Shown one piece after another: positions 29,049 to 40,882 of a stretch of 64,000 bases of DNA. Below the pieces are notes generated by a model. The model worked only from the letters and a program-made list of their open reading frames with translations, searched no databases and was not told where the DNA came from. The DNA is from an uncultured Acidimicrobiia bacterium. Its GTDB lineage: Bacteria > Acidobacteriota > Terriglobia > Versatilivoradales > Versatilivoraceae. The stretch lies in assembly GCA_963810905.1 (NCBI GenBank), contig CAWEPG010000002.1, positions 98,984 to 162,983 on the forward strand. Reading direction: 5' to 3'. Numbering within the stretch: the stretch's first letter is position 1; the number at the start of each line of letters is the position of its first letter. A program made the position numbers and the translations under genes.

Positions 29049-29981
29049 ATTCTCAAGACTGCCAAAGGCTCCAAGCCAAGCTTACGGTTAAGGGTTGAGT
29101 ATCTCGCCATCCTTTTTCTCATCAAATCCCTCGGTGCACTCCCTCGTAGTCTGACCCAAGCACTCTGCCAGGTCATCGCGTGGCTGGGTTACCATTCTTG
29201 TGGAAAACTAAAGCTCATTGCGCATCGGAACATCTCCGTTGCGCTTCCGCAGGCAAATAAAGCCCAAAGGGGGAAAATCATTAAGGGGGTTTTCAAAAAC
29301 CTGGGAATACTTTTGGCAGAATTTAGCCATTTTCCTAAGCTGAATGCCTCAAATATTGCCGACGTGGTCGTCTACGAAGGATTTGAGAATTATGCCGAAG
29401 CGGCTCAACGCGGAAAGGGAGTCCTTTACTTAACGGCCCATTTTGGAGCCTGGGAGCTCTGTTCCTTTTCGCATGCTGTTTATGGGCATCCGCTGAAGTT
29501 CGTTGTACGACCCTTAGACAATCCATTGGTGGACACATTAGTAAATCATTACAGAACCTTGAGCGGTAACAAGACGATTGAAAAGAAAAATTCCCTTAAA
29601 GAAATCGTAATGACATTAAAGCAAAATGGAGCAGTTGGAATTCTTATGGATCAGAACTCGACCCGAGATGCTGGCGTCTTTGCGGATTTCTTTGGAGTGC
29701 CTGCCTGTACAACACCGAGCATTGTGAGTATCGCATTACGAACCGGGGCCACCATTATTCTAGCGGCCTTGATCTGGGACCACCAACTTCGAAAGCATCG
29801 CCTGTTTTTTGGACCTCCTGTTGAGTTAGTCAAAACCAGCGATTTACAGAGGGACATTGAAGTTAACACGGTACGGTGCAATCAAATATTGGAAGAGTTA
29901 ATTCGAAAATATCCAGAACAGTGGCTGTGGGTTCACAGGCGCTGGAAAACTCGGCCTGAAGGCGAGCCTAGTTTCTATTGA
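29049..29981 (+). CDS. lpxL: Lipid A lauroyl/myristoyl acyltransferase (LpxL/HtrB family)
   Basis: LTAHFGAWEL (H-x4-E), LMDQN, YPEQWLWVHRRWK. The frame is open upstream of TTG 29313 back to 29046 with no ATG, so the start is uncertain (ATT 29049 after GGAG). Confidence 0.85.
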   Translation: MLKTAKGSKPSLRLRVEYLAILFLIKSLGALPRSLTQALCQVIAWLGYHSCGKLKLIAHRNISVALPQANKAQRGKIIKGVFKNLGILLAEFSHFPKLNASNIADVVVYEGFENYAEAAQRGKGVLYLTAHFGAWELCSFSHAVYGHPLKFVVRPLDNPLVDTLVNHYRTLSGNKTIEKKNSLKEIVMTLKQNGAVGILMDQNSTRDAGVFADFFGVPACTTPSIVSIALRTGATIILAALIWDHQLRKHRLFFGPPVELVKTSDLQRDIEVNTVRCNQILEELIRKYPEQWLWVHRRWKTRPEGEPSFY

Positions 29982-31171
29982 GCAGAGATCAGATGAGTGG
30001 TATCGGGAGTCCATGCAGTAGTTGTGAGATTCTGATTGTAGCTGGCGAGAGCTCAGGGGATCTCTATGGTGCAGACCTCGTCACTGAACTCAAGGCCAGG
30101 GCACCAAAGAGGCAATTGGATTTTTTCGGCTGCGGGGGGGAACGCATGCGTCAGGCTGGAGTTGAAACCTTGATCGATATGCATCAAATGGCAGTGCTTG
30201 GCCCCCTTGAGGTTGTGTCGCATCTGTCGCATCTCTTCTCGGCACTCAGGCAACTAGAAAATACGGCTAAAGAACGCCGTCCCCTTGTTGCCATACTGGT
30301 GGATTTCCCTGATTTCAATCTCCGTTTGGCCAAGAAGCTCCATGCAATTAATATTCCTATTTTTTATTTGATCAGTCCTCAAATCTGGGCTTGGCGAGGG
30401 AACCGGATAAAATCTATTCGGCGAATTGTCAAGCGGATGTTGGTCATTCTCCCCTTTGAAAAGGAATACTATTCCGGAAGAGGCGTGGAGGTCGAATATA
30501 TCGGGCACCCTCTTATTGATCGCGTATCCACTACAACTTCTAAGCAATTATTTTTCGAATGTCATTCTCTCGATGAGAGGATCCCAACGGTCAGTTTACT
30601 CCCCGGAAGCAGAAAGAAAGAAATCTCCTACAATTTGCCGATTCTCCTGCGAACCGCCAGGCTACTTCATTGGAACCGTCAGGTTCAGTTTCTCCTCCCG
30701 CTCGTATCTGACGTCCATTACCCAATTGCGAGGAAAATCTTGAAGGAAGAGTTGGGAGAACTACCGGTACGTATTGTCGTTGATGATACTTATAATGCGG
30801 TGGGGCATTCGGACTTGGCCGTCGTTGCGAGTGGCACCGCTACATTGGAGGCTGCTCTTTTGGGAACTCCCCTGATTGCAGTCTTCAAGATTTCCATTCT
30901 AACCTGGATCATCGGACAGTATCTCGTAAGAGTCCCTCACTACTGCTTGGTCAATTTGATTGCGGGGAAAAGAATTGTTCCCGAGCTTTATCAAGCCGCA
31001 TTCACTGAAGAGAACCTTTACGATGAAATAACAAAGTTTCTAGACAATGAGTCCCTTCTGAATCGTGCTAGAATTGAACTCAATGAGGTCAGGATGAAGC
31101 TGGGAAGGGGTGGCGCTATGGCCAGGGCCGCGGAACAAATATTAACCTTTCTCGAAAACTCTGCTCCCTAA
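29978..31171 (+). CDS. lpxB: Lipid-A-disaccharide synthase
   Basis: IVAGESSGDLYG, VDFPDFN, SPQIWAWR, LLPGSRKKE, ASGTATLE. Confidence 0.96.
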   Translation: MSRDQMSGIGSPCSSCEILIVAGESSGDLYGADLVTELKARAPKRQLDFFGCGGERMRQAGVETLIDMHQMAVLGPLEVVSHLSHLFSALRQLENTAKERRPLVAILVDFPDFNLRLAKKLHAINIPIFYLISPQIWAWRGNRIKSIRRIVKRMLVILPFEKEYYSGRGVEVEYIGHPLIDRVSTTTSKQLFFECHSLDERIPTVSLLPGSRKKEISYNLPILLRTARLLHWNRQVQFLLPLVSDVHYPIARKILKEELGELPVRIVVDDTYNAVGHSDLAVVASGTATLEAALLGTPLIAVFKISILTWIIGQYLVRVPHYCLVNLIAGKRIVPELYQAAFTEENLYDEITKFLDNESLLNRARIELNEVRMKLGRGGAMARAAEQILTFLENSAP

Positions 31172-31283
31172 TTTGCTTTCATTTCTAAAATTAAATTCTC
31201 TTGAAGGCAACGAGTTATGAAGAAAGACAATCCTAACAGGATGATTGAGGTAAAAAGTGTCCCCTCAAGTGGAGACGTGACTC

Positions 31284-33584
31284 ATGTTTAGATTGCGGCC
31301 CTTCTTATTCAGTTTCCTTTTGTTAGCCTCCTTTACTAGCTTTCACTTTTCGGCTCAGACAGGGCGGCCAGAGGTAGAGCGGACGCCTCACATCGATGTA
31401 CTAGATTATCAGGTGGAAGCAGAATTGGAGCCTCCGTCCCATCGGCTGAAAGCTAAGGCTACTGTGAAGTTTACCCCCCTCGAAGATTCGATTCGCTCCG
31501 TAATTTTCGATTTCAGTGCGAACTTGAAAATCCAGAGGGTGTATTTCACTGATAAGCCCCCCGCCCCTGGTGAGACTCAGCTGACAGAATCCACTTCAGA
31601 GATTATTTCCTTATCTGGCAGCAGTCCAAACAAAAGGGAGAGCACGGAGAGACGCATAGATTCTGGAGATTCGAACCAGTCCGAAGTGCCTCACCTGACT
31701 CGCCGGGGAACCAAACAGTCAACCGGGACGACTTCTGGCAATGAGAACACGAACCTATCTTCGACACAACCAGAGGGGGTTGTAGTGCTCAAAAGCGAAA
31801 AAAAGAAGTCGGCTTCCAAACCGGGTCAGAGCCCGATTCGCCAAAGTGAATCCAACTTGCTCCGATTTACGCGTTTTGAGGAAGACAATACCCTCCAGGT
31901 TGATTTCAACCGTACGCTGGAACGTTCTCAACCCGTTTCTCTTTCATTTGAGTATGAAGGCATATTTTCATCGGCCGATAAATCCCCATTGGAAGGGATT
32001 CAATTGGCCCATATCGGAGAGGATTTTAGCTACTTACTCGCGATCAGCCGATGGTTCCCTATCAACCAGTATTTAAAAGACCGCGCGACCGGAACATTTC
32101 GGGTAACTGTTCCGGACGGATATGTCGTCGCCATGGATGGTCAGGAAAAACCAAAGGAGAAGAGCGAAGGAAAGGAAGTTTTTACTTTTCTGAATGAGCG
32201 TGCCACTTTCCCAGGGTCCCTTTCAGTTGCCAAATATGTGGTAATCCCGGCAACCGCCGGGAAGACAGAGTTAGTCTACTACGTATCGGACAGCAAGCGC
32301 GATTTTGTGGAGAGCCAAACTGAAATCATCTCCAAGATTTTGGAAGTGGATTCACAAAAATTGGGACCCTATCCGTTTAAGTCCTTGAAAATTGCTCTGA
32401 TTGACAACAACTCCTTGCTTGGATACTCGGCACCGGGAATCGAATTTCTCGCCGAAAGGGCGTTTAGTCGTCCACCCAACTCCAATCTGCTAGCCAGGGA
32501 GATTGCTTATCAGTGGTGGCAGAATCTCATCGTTCCAAAAACGCCCCAAGATCTTTGGCTGAAGGAGGGCTTTGCCAATTATATGGCCTTGCTCTATCAA
32601 GAAAGTGTTTCCAGTGAGGCTGGTTTTACGCAGGAACTCAAGGACACCGCGGTCTCAGCACTCCTCCATGAGGGGAAGAGCACTATTCGCGATGCCTACC
32701 AACTCCAACTCTACTCGCCAGAATACAATTCCATTCTGAAGAGCAAGGGCGCTTACGTCCTATTAATGCTACGGAGTGTTCTGGGAGATGACAATTTCTT
32801 TAAACTGCTCAAGGAATACGTTTACAACTACGGCTTTCAAGAAGCTTCGATCCAGGACTTCAAGAAATTGGCTGAGAAAATTTCTGCTCAAGATCTGACT
32901 TATTTTTTTTCAGAGTGGATCGACCAAAATGGAGTTCCTCAGATTCAAGATGAGTACACAACTTACCGACTCAAAGATGGTTTCAAGGTCACGGGGACCA
33001 TCAAGCAAGATCTTGATACATTCCGCATGCCAGTTGAGATTCTCATTGAGACTGAAGGGAAGCCGGAAATAAAGAAAGTCGATGTGATTGGACCCGAGAC
33101 TAATTTTTCAATCAGCACCTTTGGAAAACCTCGAAAAGCGAAAATCGACCCTAACTTTAAGCTGCTTCGGCTCACTGATGAGTTAAAGGTTTCGATGGCA
33201 ATTGCCAAAGGAGATGAACTGAAGCGAATGGGTGATACGGGTGAGGCTATCGCCGAATATCAGAAAGCGATTGAGTTAAAGAAACGGAGTTCGCTAGCAT
33301 TCTTCAAAATCGGAGAGGCGCTGTTTGAACAGCGCAGCTACAATTCGGCGGCCAATTCCTTTCGGGAAGCGCTGAATGGGAATCTTGAGCCTAAATGGAT
33401 CGAAGTTTGGTGTCATATCAACTTAGGGAAAATTTACGATGTCCTGGGTCAGCGAGAAAGAGCGCTTGGAGAGTACCAAAAAGCAGTCGACACGAATGAC
33501 AATGCCCAAGGAGCTCAAGAAGTCGCCCAAAAGTACATCCAGGAACCTTATAAATACGAGGGAAAGACAGAAAAGGTCCAGTAG
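31284..33584 (+). CDS. Secreted M1-aminopeptidase-like protein with C-terminal TPRs; Zn motif degenerate
   Basis: Signal peptide; LLAREIAYQWW in place of HExxH, WLKEGFANY, YSKGAYVL-like KSKGAYVL; TPR tail. Confidence 0.85.
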   Translation: MFRLRPFLFSFLLLASFTSFHFSAQTGRPEVERTPHIDVLDYQVEAELEPPSHRLKAKATVKFTPLEDSIRSVIFDFSANLKIQRVYFTDKPPAPGETQLTESTSEIISLSGSSPNKRESTERRIDSGDSNQSEVPHLTRRGTKQSTGTTSGNENTNLSSTQPEGVVVLKSEKKKSASKPGQSPIRQSESNLLRFTRFEEDNTLQVDFNRTLERSQPVSLSFEYEGIFSSADKSPLEGIQLAHIGEDFSYLLAISRWFPINQYLKDRATGTFRVTVPDGYVVAMDGQEKPKEKSEGKEVFTFLNERATFPGSLSVAKYVVIPATAGKTELVYYVSDSKRDFVESQTEIISKILEVDSQKLGPYPFKSLKIALIDNNSLLGYSAPGIEFLAERAFSRPPNSNLLAREIAYQWWQNLIVPKTPQDLWLKEGFANYMALLYQESVSSEAGFTQELKDTAVSALLHEGKSTIRDAYQLQLYSPEYNSILKSKGAYVLLMLRSVLGDDNFFKLLKEYVYNYGFQEASIQDFKKLAEKISAQDLTYFFSEWIDQNGVPQIQDEYTTYRLKDGFKVTGTIKQDLDTFRMPVEILIETEGKPEIKKVDVIGPETNFSISTFGKPRKAKIDPNFKLLRLTDELKVSMAIAKGDELKRMGDTGEAIAEYQKAIELKKRSSLAFFKIGEALFEQRSYNSAANSFREALNGNLEPKWIEVWCHINLGKIYDVLGQRERALGEYQKAVDTNDNAQGAQEVAQKYIQEPYKYEGKTEKVQ

Positions 33585-33597
33585 TTCGGGAGTGTTC

Positions 33598-33959
33598 CTA
33601 GACTTCCCGATGGAGAATAATCAGGGCGAGTGCGCTTCGAAGCTTTTCGATGGTCGCTAGGAATTCCCGATACTCATTGTCGTTCCATGCACGCCACTCG
33701 ACCTTGAGCGAACCATGAATTCGACAATAAGTGTTCAAGAGCTCTTTCCAGCAGGCTGCATTGTTTCCCATCTCATCCGCACCCGAGAACTCCGTTTCCC
33801 TGGCTGGCGGAATTGGCCTTCCTTCTTTGGCATTCTCATACGCCCTCTCAACCAGCGGCTGTTCCCACTTTCCATAGTCGTGGGGGAATCGTTCTGACAG
33901 CTCGCGGTGGTGGAACAAAAAAGCAATTCAATACGCCAATAAATTGAGTTTTGTTCCAT
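33598..33959 (-). CDS. Hypothetical protein, probably frameshifted in a T6 run near 33920
   Basis: ATG 33959 with GAGGGGG RBS gives MEQNSIYWRIELL, which joins FHHRELSERF... of ORF 33598-33918. Confidence 0.45.
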
Positions 33960-34275
33960 CCCCCCTCGGCTTGTGCGCGAAGGCAGTCGTATTGGCTTAC
34001 AAATTGAGACCAAGCGTCTGCCAAGGCCAGATTGGTAATTTCGGGCGACATGATAACTCGGATGGGATCTTTTTTCGAAAACATCTGAGATCCTTTAGGT
34101 TTTTGAAATATTTATTTAAAACATGGGTGGCTAATTGTCAAGAATCGAGGAAGATTTTTTTTGGAGTAGATTCTGCAATGGCTAGATTCCATTGGAAGGG
34201 AGGCACCGCACAATGGATCGAGCCAGTGGCGATGAAAACTATTTGCTCTAGGACGCAAGTTGGTTAGTATTTCAA

Positions 34276-34956
34276 ATGGATTGTTTTCAGCGCGCTGTCA
34301 TGAAACCGCAAACATACAAAAACTTCGATGACTTGTTTCGCCATCTGCGAAGTCACTCTTCACAGCATGCAGCCACGCGGGAGAAGCCTCCGTCAGTTTT
34401 GACCTCCCAAACCGAGGGCCTCTCTGAAGATGAACTTTTCGAGCACTCGATGAAGGGCGTCAACCCTCGCCGCTGGAAGTCAGTTCCAGTCCGCCGACAC
34501 CACCCGGTAGAAACCAACAATCTCTTTCAACAGGAAGAGTCCGGGTTACAAGAGTTTTTTGAATTCGTACAAGGAAGAGACTCCATCAATCTCCAAGCTA
34601 CAGGCGAATATGTCGAAGGGGCACCTCACCCCAAGGGGAAATTCCTGTTACATAAGCTTCATCGGGGTCATTACACGATCGACGCCAATTTGGACTTGCA
34701 CGGGCTGAATATTCGTGATGCAAGGGCTCTCTTCGAGACTTTTCTTAAGCATTGCCTGCGACGAAGTTTTGGATGTATCCGAATTGTACACGGCCGCGGA
34801 CATCACTCCAAAGACGGACAGCCCGTTTTGAAAGAGAATTTACAAAGGTGGCTGCAATCACGCCGCTTCGGCCGGCATGTCGTAGCGTATGCTTCCGCAC
34901 AACTTTCCGATGGTGGATGTGGTGCAACATACGTTCTCCTGAAGAATTTCCGTTAG
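34276..34956 (+). CDS. Smr/MutS2-domain protein (SmrA-like)
   Basis: LDLHGL, IVHGRGHHS, VLKENL, GGCGATYVLL. Confidence 0.92.
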   Translation: MDCFQRAVMKPQTYKNFDDLFRHLRSHSSQHAATREKPPSVLTSQTEGLSEDELFEHSMKGVNPRRWKSVPVRRHHPVETNNLFQQEESGLQEFFEFVQGRDSINLQATGEYVEGAPHPKGKFLLHKLHRGHYTIDANLDLHGLNIRDARALFETFLKHCLRRSFGCIRIVHGRGHHSKDGQPVLKENLQRWLQSRRFGRHVVAYASAQLSDGGCGATYVLLKNFR

Positions 34957-35013
34957 TCGAGCGCACCTACTGCAGTTTAAGCCGCCAAATGCCTAGCCAA
35001 TTCTATTGCGGTC

Positions 35014-37092
35014 TCAAGGCTCAAATGTGGATTGAGACCTCAGCTTCACGCTCAAACAGACGGCTGACAGCACGTATAAGGTTAATGCAATCAGATTCAG
35101 AGCGCGCAATCCCGTCCACATGTCCAGATATTCCAACAAACCTCCAACCAACCCGCCCAACAGATTACTTGCCAGACCATTGCTTGGAGACTCCACCGCG
35201 GAGAAGGCTTTTGCAAAGATCAACGCAGCAAAGAATAGAGGTAATGCGATAACGAGGCCACTAACCAGAGCCTTTGTCTGCCATTCGAGTTGGTTTAGTG
35301 AATCGAAAGAAAACCCAAAATTGAACAAGATACTCGCACTGAGCCCCAAATAAAGGACAAGGTAACTCATAGATGGCAGCGACGAAACGACGAGATTTGA
35401 GAGCAGAATCATTAACAAAATGGCAGCCATCACTATCGAATTCACCATCCAAGTTGAGCCGAAAACCAGAGCTAGGGTGGTCACGGCTTTGGTCTCAATC
35501 AAAAGGAAAGCTCCGCCCATGAAAAATAAATGCCAGTTTACATCCATTGGTCTTAAACCAATCTTGTAGAGTGGGACAAAAGCAAGCGCAAAAATAATAA
35601 AAAGTGGAAGCAGGTAATGAAACGGCACGCCTCTTTTTTCTAAAAAGAGAAATGGCCAGTCATCCGTGGTCGGCTCAACAACCAAGGTCTCTGTGCCAAC
35701 CTTTTCTGGCAAATAATTGGTCAGCCCAGGGTCGCGATTTGCGTCAAAGCCCTCACCTGCCAGGAGAATGACTTCTCCGTTTACAGGGCTTGTATATGTG
35801 AGCGGCTTGTTGCCAGTAACTTCCATCAAGGTGAGAAAATGCCGTTGAAACAACCAATCCTTGGTCTTGAGGAAGTTGATGGCGATTCCTCCCCCAGGAT
35901 TTAGCAAGTTGCAAGCATTTTGGACGCTTTCTTTGGTGAAAACAAAGTTATCCAGACGCAATGAAGATAGCGACGAAAATACAGTATGACTGTCCAGCGT
36001 AGCAAAAATCACCAAGTCATACTTCTGAGACGTTTTTTGCATGAAAGAACGCGCATCATCTACGTACAAATTCACCTTTGTTGATTCGTAGGGCTTTTCG
36101 GGATGGAGTGTCCTGCCGAGCATGGCGATGGCAGGATCAATTTCAACCACGTCAACCCGATTTGCCCCATTCCGCAGCGCAGCAGCCGCATCATTTCCAG
36201 TGCCTCCACCCAAGATCAATACCGATTCAATACTCTTTTTGCTCAGACAATACGGAATATTGTAATGCCGGCTGAATTTTCGTTGAATGTCCTCTGGAAA
36301 ATCTTTCAAATGCTTCGCTGAAAGATCTTCAATCACCTGGAATCCATCATAATTGACCAAGACCTTCGTTATGGACGGCTCGTTCGAAGATGCCATACTG
36401 CGCACCATGATACGGTAATACGGAGACCAGATCGCGGGATTGTGCACACCCACTTGATAAACAAATAGCAGCGACGCCAAGAAGTAAATGGCACTAAAAA
36501 TGAATTGTCGGCGGTAGAAATAAAGAAGCGGCAAATAGATCAGTATGAGCCAGGCTAGCGGTTGCCACTCGAGGTAAGAGACCAATGAAAAAGTGCCAAT
36601 TCCAATAAGGCTCCCGGCAATATTGATAGAATATCCCCACAAAGGCCTTTCTTTGTTTAGAAGTTCTCCGATCTTAGACACAAGAGTGGCAAAGACCATC
36701 ATGACAAGAAAGAAGATGGAAACGATCACTGAAATGGCTTTTGTAATCTGAAATAACTGTTGCGTCTTGTTGGCAAAGTGCCAGCTAAAACCGCCTCCAA
36801 GTATGAAAAACTGCAGCGGGTCGACGAAAATGACATGTGTAATTCCGAAAACGAGTGCTCCCGAAATCAGGATTGTCAAAATGCAAATCAGTCGCGGAAA
36901 CCACAAAAAAAGTTTATCCGCTCTGTCATGGAGGTAGAATCCTATCCCAAATCCAAGGAAGGCAGCCATCAAGGGGAGGTTCTTGAAATAGGCAAAAATT
37001 CTCACCTCGGCGGAAAGCCACCTAATGATGGCTAATTCCAAGAAGAGGGAAATCCAGCTTATCAATAACAATTCCCAGCTGTTTCTTTTCAT
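35014..37092 (-). CDS. Membrane-embedded spermidine-synthase-like SAM-binding protein (paralog 2)
   Basis: Intact 692-aa ORF: TM block, LILGGGTGND, VVEIDP, DDARSF, TDDWPFL, C-terminal TM block. Confidence 0.85.
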   Translation of the reverse strand: MKRNSWELLLISWISLFLELAIIRWLSAEVRIFAYFKNLPLMAAFLGFGIGFYLHDRADKLFLWFPRLICILTILISGALVFGITHVIFVDPLQFFILGGGFSWHFANKTQQLFQITKAISVIVSIFFLVMMVFATLVSKIGELLNKERPLWGYSINIAGSLIGIGTFSLVSYLEWQPLAWLILIYLPLLYFYRRQFIFSAIYFLASLLFVYQVGVHNPAIWSPYYRIMVRSMASSNEPSITKVLVNYDGFQVIEDLSAKHLKDFPEDIQRKFSRHYNIPYCLSKKSIESVLILGGGTGNDAAAALRNGANRVDVVEIDPAIAMLGRTLHPEKPYESTKVNLYVDDARSFMQKTSQKYDLVIFATLDSHTVFSSLSSLRLDNFVFTKESVQNACNLLNPGGGIAINFLKTKDWLFQRHFLTLMEVTGNKPLTYTSPVNGEVILLAGEGFDANRDPGLTNYLPEKVGTETLVVEPTTDDWPFLFLEKRGVPFHYLLPLFIIFALAFVPLYKIGLRPMDVNWHLFFMGGAFLLIETKAVTTLALVFGSTWMVNSIVMAAILLMILLSNLVVSSLPSMSYLVLYLGLSASILFNFGFSFDSLNQLEWQTKALVSGLVIALPLFFAALIFAKAFSAVESPSNGLASNLLGGLVGGLLEYLDMWTGLRALNLIALTLYVLSAVCLSVKLRSQSTFEP

Positions 37093-37642
37093 AACGTTAT
37101 GTTGCTGTTATCTTTCAATTACGCCTGAGAAATGTGCCAGTTCCAAGAATGCCTCTAATCGATGGCGCAAAGACATCCCGAATTATGCTCGTATTGTATA
37201 TCGGCAAATATTACTGGGAGTTGGCTTGAGTTTTTGTGGATCCTAAAGAAAGATGACGGACGACTTCACAGTGGCAAGAAGTCTACGGTACTGCACCAAT
37301 ATCTGACAGATTTTTTTGCGAGGAAGACGGACAGATGGGGTATTTTTCAAATAAATATCAACGACCAGATTCAGATTTAAAGAAATTACTGTTGAGGTCT
37401 ATTAGTCAATACCTAGAATCGCGAATCTGTAGTAAGAACTGGTCTTCAGCCTTTTCCATAGAATTATTTGGTTGCCGGCCGCCTAATATCTTTACTAGCA
37501 TGTAGACCGTGCTAATTCTATGCCTCACAACTGGATTAACCATATTTTACCCCCTGGCCAGAATTTTCCTGGATGGGAAAAAGAAAGCCACCCATCAGAC
37601 CTAAATTAGATTCACTTAGAATCAAGAAAGCGTGGAGGATCT

Positions 37643-37897
37643 ATGCACATTGTCTGGACAATTTTGATCGGATTTATCGCGGGAGTTGTTGCTAAGCTGT
37701 TAATGCCTGGTAAAGACCCAGGGGGGTTCATCCTCACGACTTTATTGGGAATCGGAGGTGCCGTCGTCGCGACGTCACTAGGCAGGCTTCTTGGATGGTA
37801 CCAAGAGGGCGGGTCGGCTGGATTTATCGCAGCTGTCATCGGTGCTATCCTGATCCTAGCAGTCTACCGGATGATTAGGTCGAAAAAGCAGTCGTAA
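37643..37897 (+). CDS. GlsB/YeaQ/YmgE family stress-response membrane protein
   Basis: IGFIAGVVAKLLMPGKDPGG...GIGGA...IGAILILAVYR; GGAGG RBS. Confidence 0.92.
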   Translation: MHIVWTILIGFIAGVVAKLLMPGKDPGGFILTTLLGIGGAVVATSLGRLLGWYQEGGSAGFIAAVIGAILILAVYRMIRSKKQS

Positions 37898-38086
37898 TAA
37901 CCATTAAAATTCAGGTCCCTAGCCTCCGGCTAGCTGGCGCAGAAAGAAACTCGTGGCTTTTCAAGTTGGATTGCCAATTCTGTCCGACTCCCCTAAGACT
38001 CAAGGTTTGCCTCGCAATCCATGAGTCTTGCCTAATTCTTTTTCTGACTTGAGATTATCAACTGAAAGCCATATTGGGAGGTACTG

Positions 38087-39769
38087 ATGGCGTTTGATCC
38101 AAAACATAAGAGTCATGTGATTTACGAGGGTCGAGATCGTGCTCCGGCTCGCTCTTATATGAAAGGTATTGGGTTCAGTGATGAAGACCTGAAAAAGCCT
38201 ATTATCGGCATTGCCAACACCTGGATTGAAACGATGCCCTGCAATTTCCATTTACGTGAACTGGCCGCAAAAGTAAAGGAAGGGGTCCGAGCCGCGGGTG
38301 GAACTCCTATGGAATTTAACACCATAGCGATTAGTGATGGGATCACCATGGGTACCGAAGGGATGAAGGCGTCTTTAGTCAGTCGTGAGATCGTGGCCGA
38401 TTCGATTGAACTGGTCGCCCGAGGCTATATGTTCGATGCGGTAATTGCTTTGGTAGGCTGTGACAAGACCATTCCGGGAGCAGCGCTTGGACTCATTCGT
38501 CTAAATCTTCCTTCCCTGATCTTATACGGTGGGTCGATTGCCCCTGGACGATTTCGAGGCAAGGACATTACAGTCCAAGATGTATTTGAAGCGGTTGGCG
38601 CTAACGCAGCCGGGCGCATGACTGATGAAGAATTGCTCCAGATTGAAAACAACGCTTGTCCGGGGGCAGGTGCCTGTGGTGGTCAATATACGGCCAATAC
38701 AATGGCTACAGTAATGGAATTCATCGGCTTTTCCCCATGGGGATCCTCAAGCGTGCCAGCAACTGACCCAAGGAAAGATCAGGTGGGTTACGAATGCGGT
38801 AAACTGGTTATGGATGTGCTAAAGCGTGGAGTAAAACCCAGCGATATTCTTTCTCGTAAAGCGTTTGAAAACTCGATTGCCAGCGTCGCCGCAACAGGAG
38901 GCTCAACCAACGCTGTGTTGCACCTTCTCGCCATGGCCCGCGAAGCTGGGGTTCCGCTTGAAATGGACGATTTCGACACGATCAGTTCTCGGACTCCGCT
39001 GCTGGCAGATCTGAAGCCGTCAGGGAAATATGTGGCCGTCGATGTCGATCATGCGGGTGGAGTCCCTTTGATTGCAAAGATTCTCTTGCAGGGAGGCTTT
39101 GTGGATCCTTTGCAAAAGAATGTTGACGGCAAGACGCTGCAAGAGGCTGCAGAGAGGGCAACCGAGACTGCAGGTCAAGAAGTGATTCATCAACTTTCCA
39201 AGCCAATCAAAACGAGCGGGGGACTTGTGATTCTGCGAGGGAACCTCGCACCCGAAGGCTGCGTTGTGAAAGTTGCCGGCTATGAACGCATCTACCATCG
39301 CGGTCCAGCCCGAGTTTTTAATCGAGAAGAAGAAGCCATGAAAGCAGTTACCAGCCGTCAGATTCACGCAGGAGATGTCGTTGTTATCCGGTATGAAGGC
39401 CCTTGTGGAGGACCGGGCATGAGGGAAATGCTTGGCGTAACCGCAGCATTGGTCGGAGAGGGCCTTGGCGAATCTGTCGCCTTGCTCACCGACGGCCGAT
39501 TCAGCGGTGCGACAAGAGGTTTGATGGCAGGACATGTTGCCCCTGAAGCGGCACGGGGCGGTCCTATCGCCGCGCTCAAAGAGGGCGACATGATCGTCTT
39601 TGACATTAAGAGTCGTCGTCTGGACGTCGAACTGACTGATGAAGGCATCCGAGAGCGATTGGTAACCTGGCAACAGCCGGCGCCTCACTATTCAACTGGG
39701 GTGTTTGCAAAGTATGCAGCCTTGGTTTCTTCTGCCTCTGAAGGGGCGATCACCAAGCCATCGTTATGA
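38087..39769 (+). CDS. ilvD: Dihydroxy-acid dehydratase
   Basis: [40 protein letters not shown]. Confidence 0.96.
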   Translation: MAFDPKHKSHVIYEGRDRAPARSYMKGIGFSDEDLKKPIIGIANTWIETMPCNFHLRELAAKVKEGVRAAGGTPMEFNTIAISDGITMGTEGMKASLVSREIVADSIELVARGYMFDAVIALVGCDKTIPGAALGLIRLNLPSLILYGGSIAPGRFRGKDITVQDVFEAVGANAAGRMTDEELLQIENNACPGAGACGGQYTANTMATVMEFIGFSPWGSSSVPATDPRKDQVGYECGKLVMDVLKRGVKPSDILSRKAFENSIASVAATGGSTNAVLHLLAMAREAGVPLEMDDFDTISSRTPLLADLKPSGKYVAVDVDHAGGVPLIAKILLQGGFVDPLQKNVDGKTLQEAAERATETAGQEVIHQLSKPIKTSGGLVILRGNLAPEGCVVKVAGYERIYHRGPARVFNREEEAMKAVTSRQIHAGDVVVIRYEGPCGGPGMREMLGVTAALVGEGLGESVALLTDGRFSGATRGLMAGHVAPEAARGGPIAALKEGDMIVFDIKSRRLDVELTDEGIRERLVTWQQPAPHYSTGVFAKYAALVSSASEGAITKPSL

Positions 39770-39877
39770 AGGATCATGCCCTTCGATCGGGACAGACGAC
39801 TCGATGAGTAGACAGGGAATGAGGAAGCTATTGATTCCACCCATGGCTCTGAAGAAGTTTAATCTAGCCTTGATTAC

Positions 39878-40882
<1,005 letters not shown>

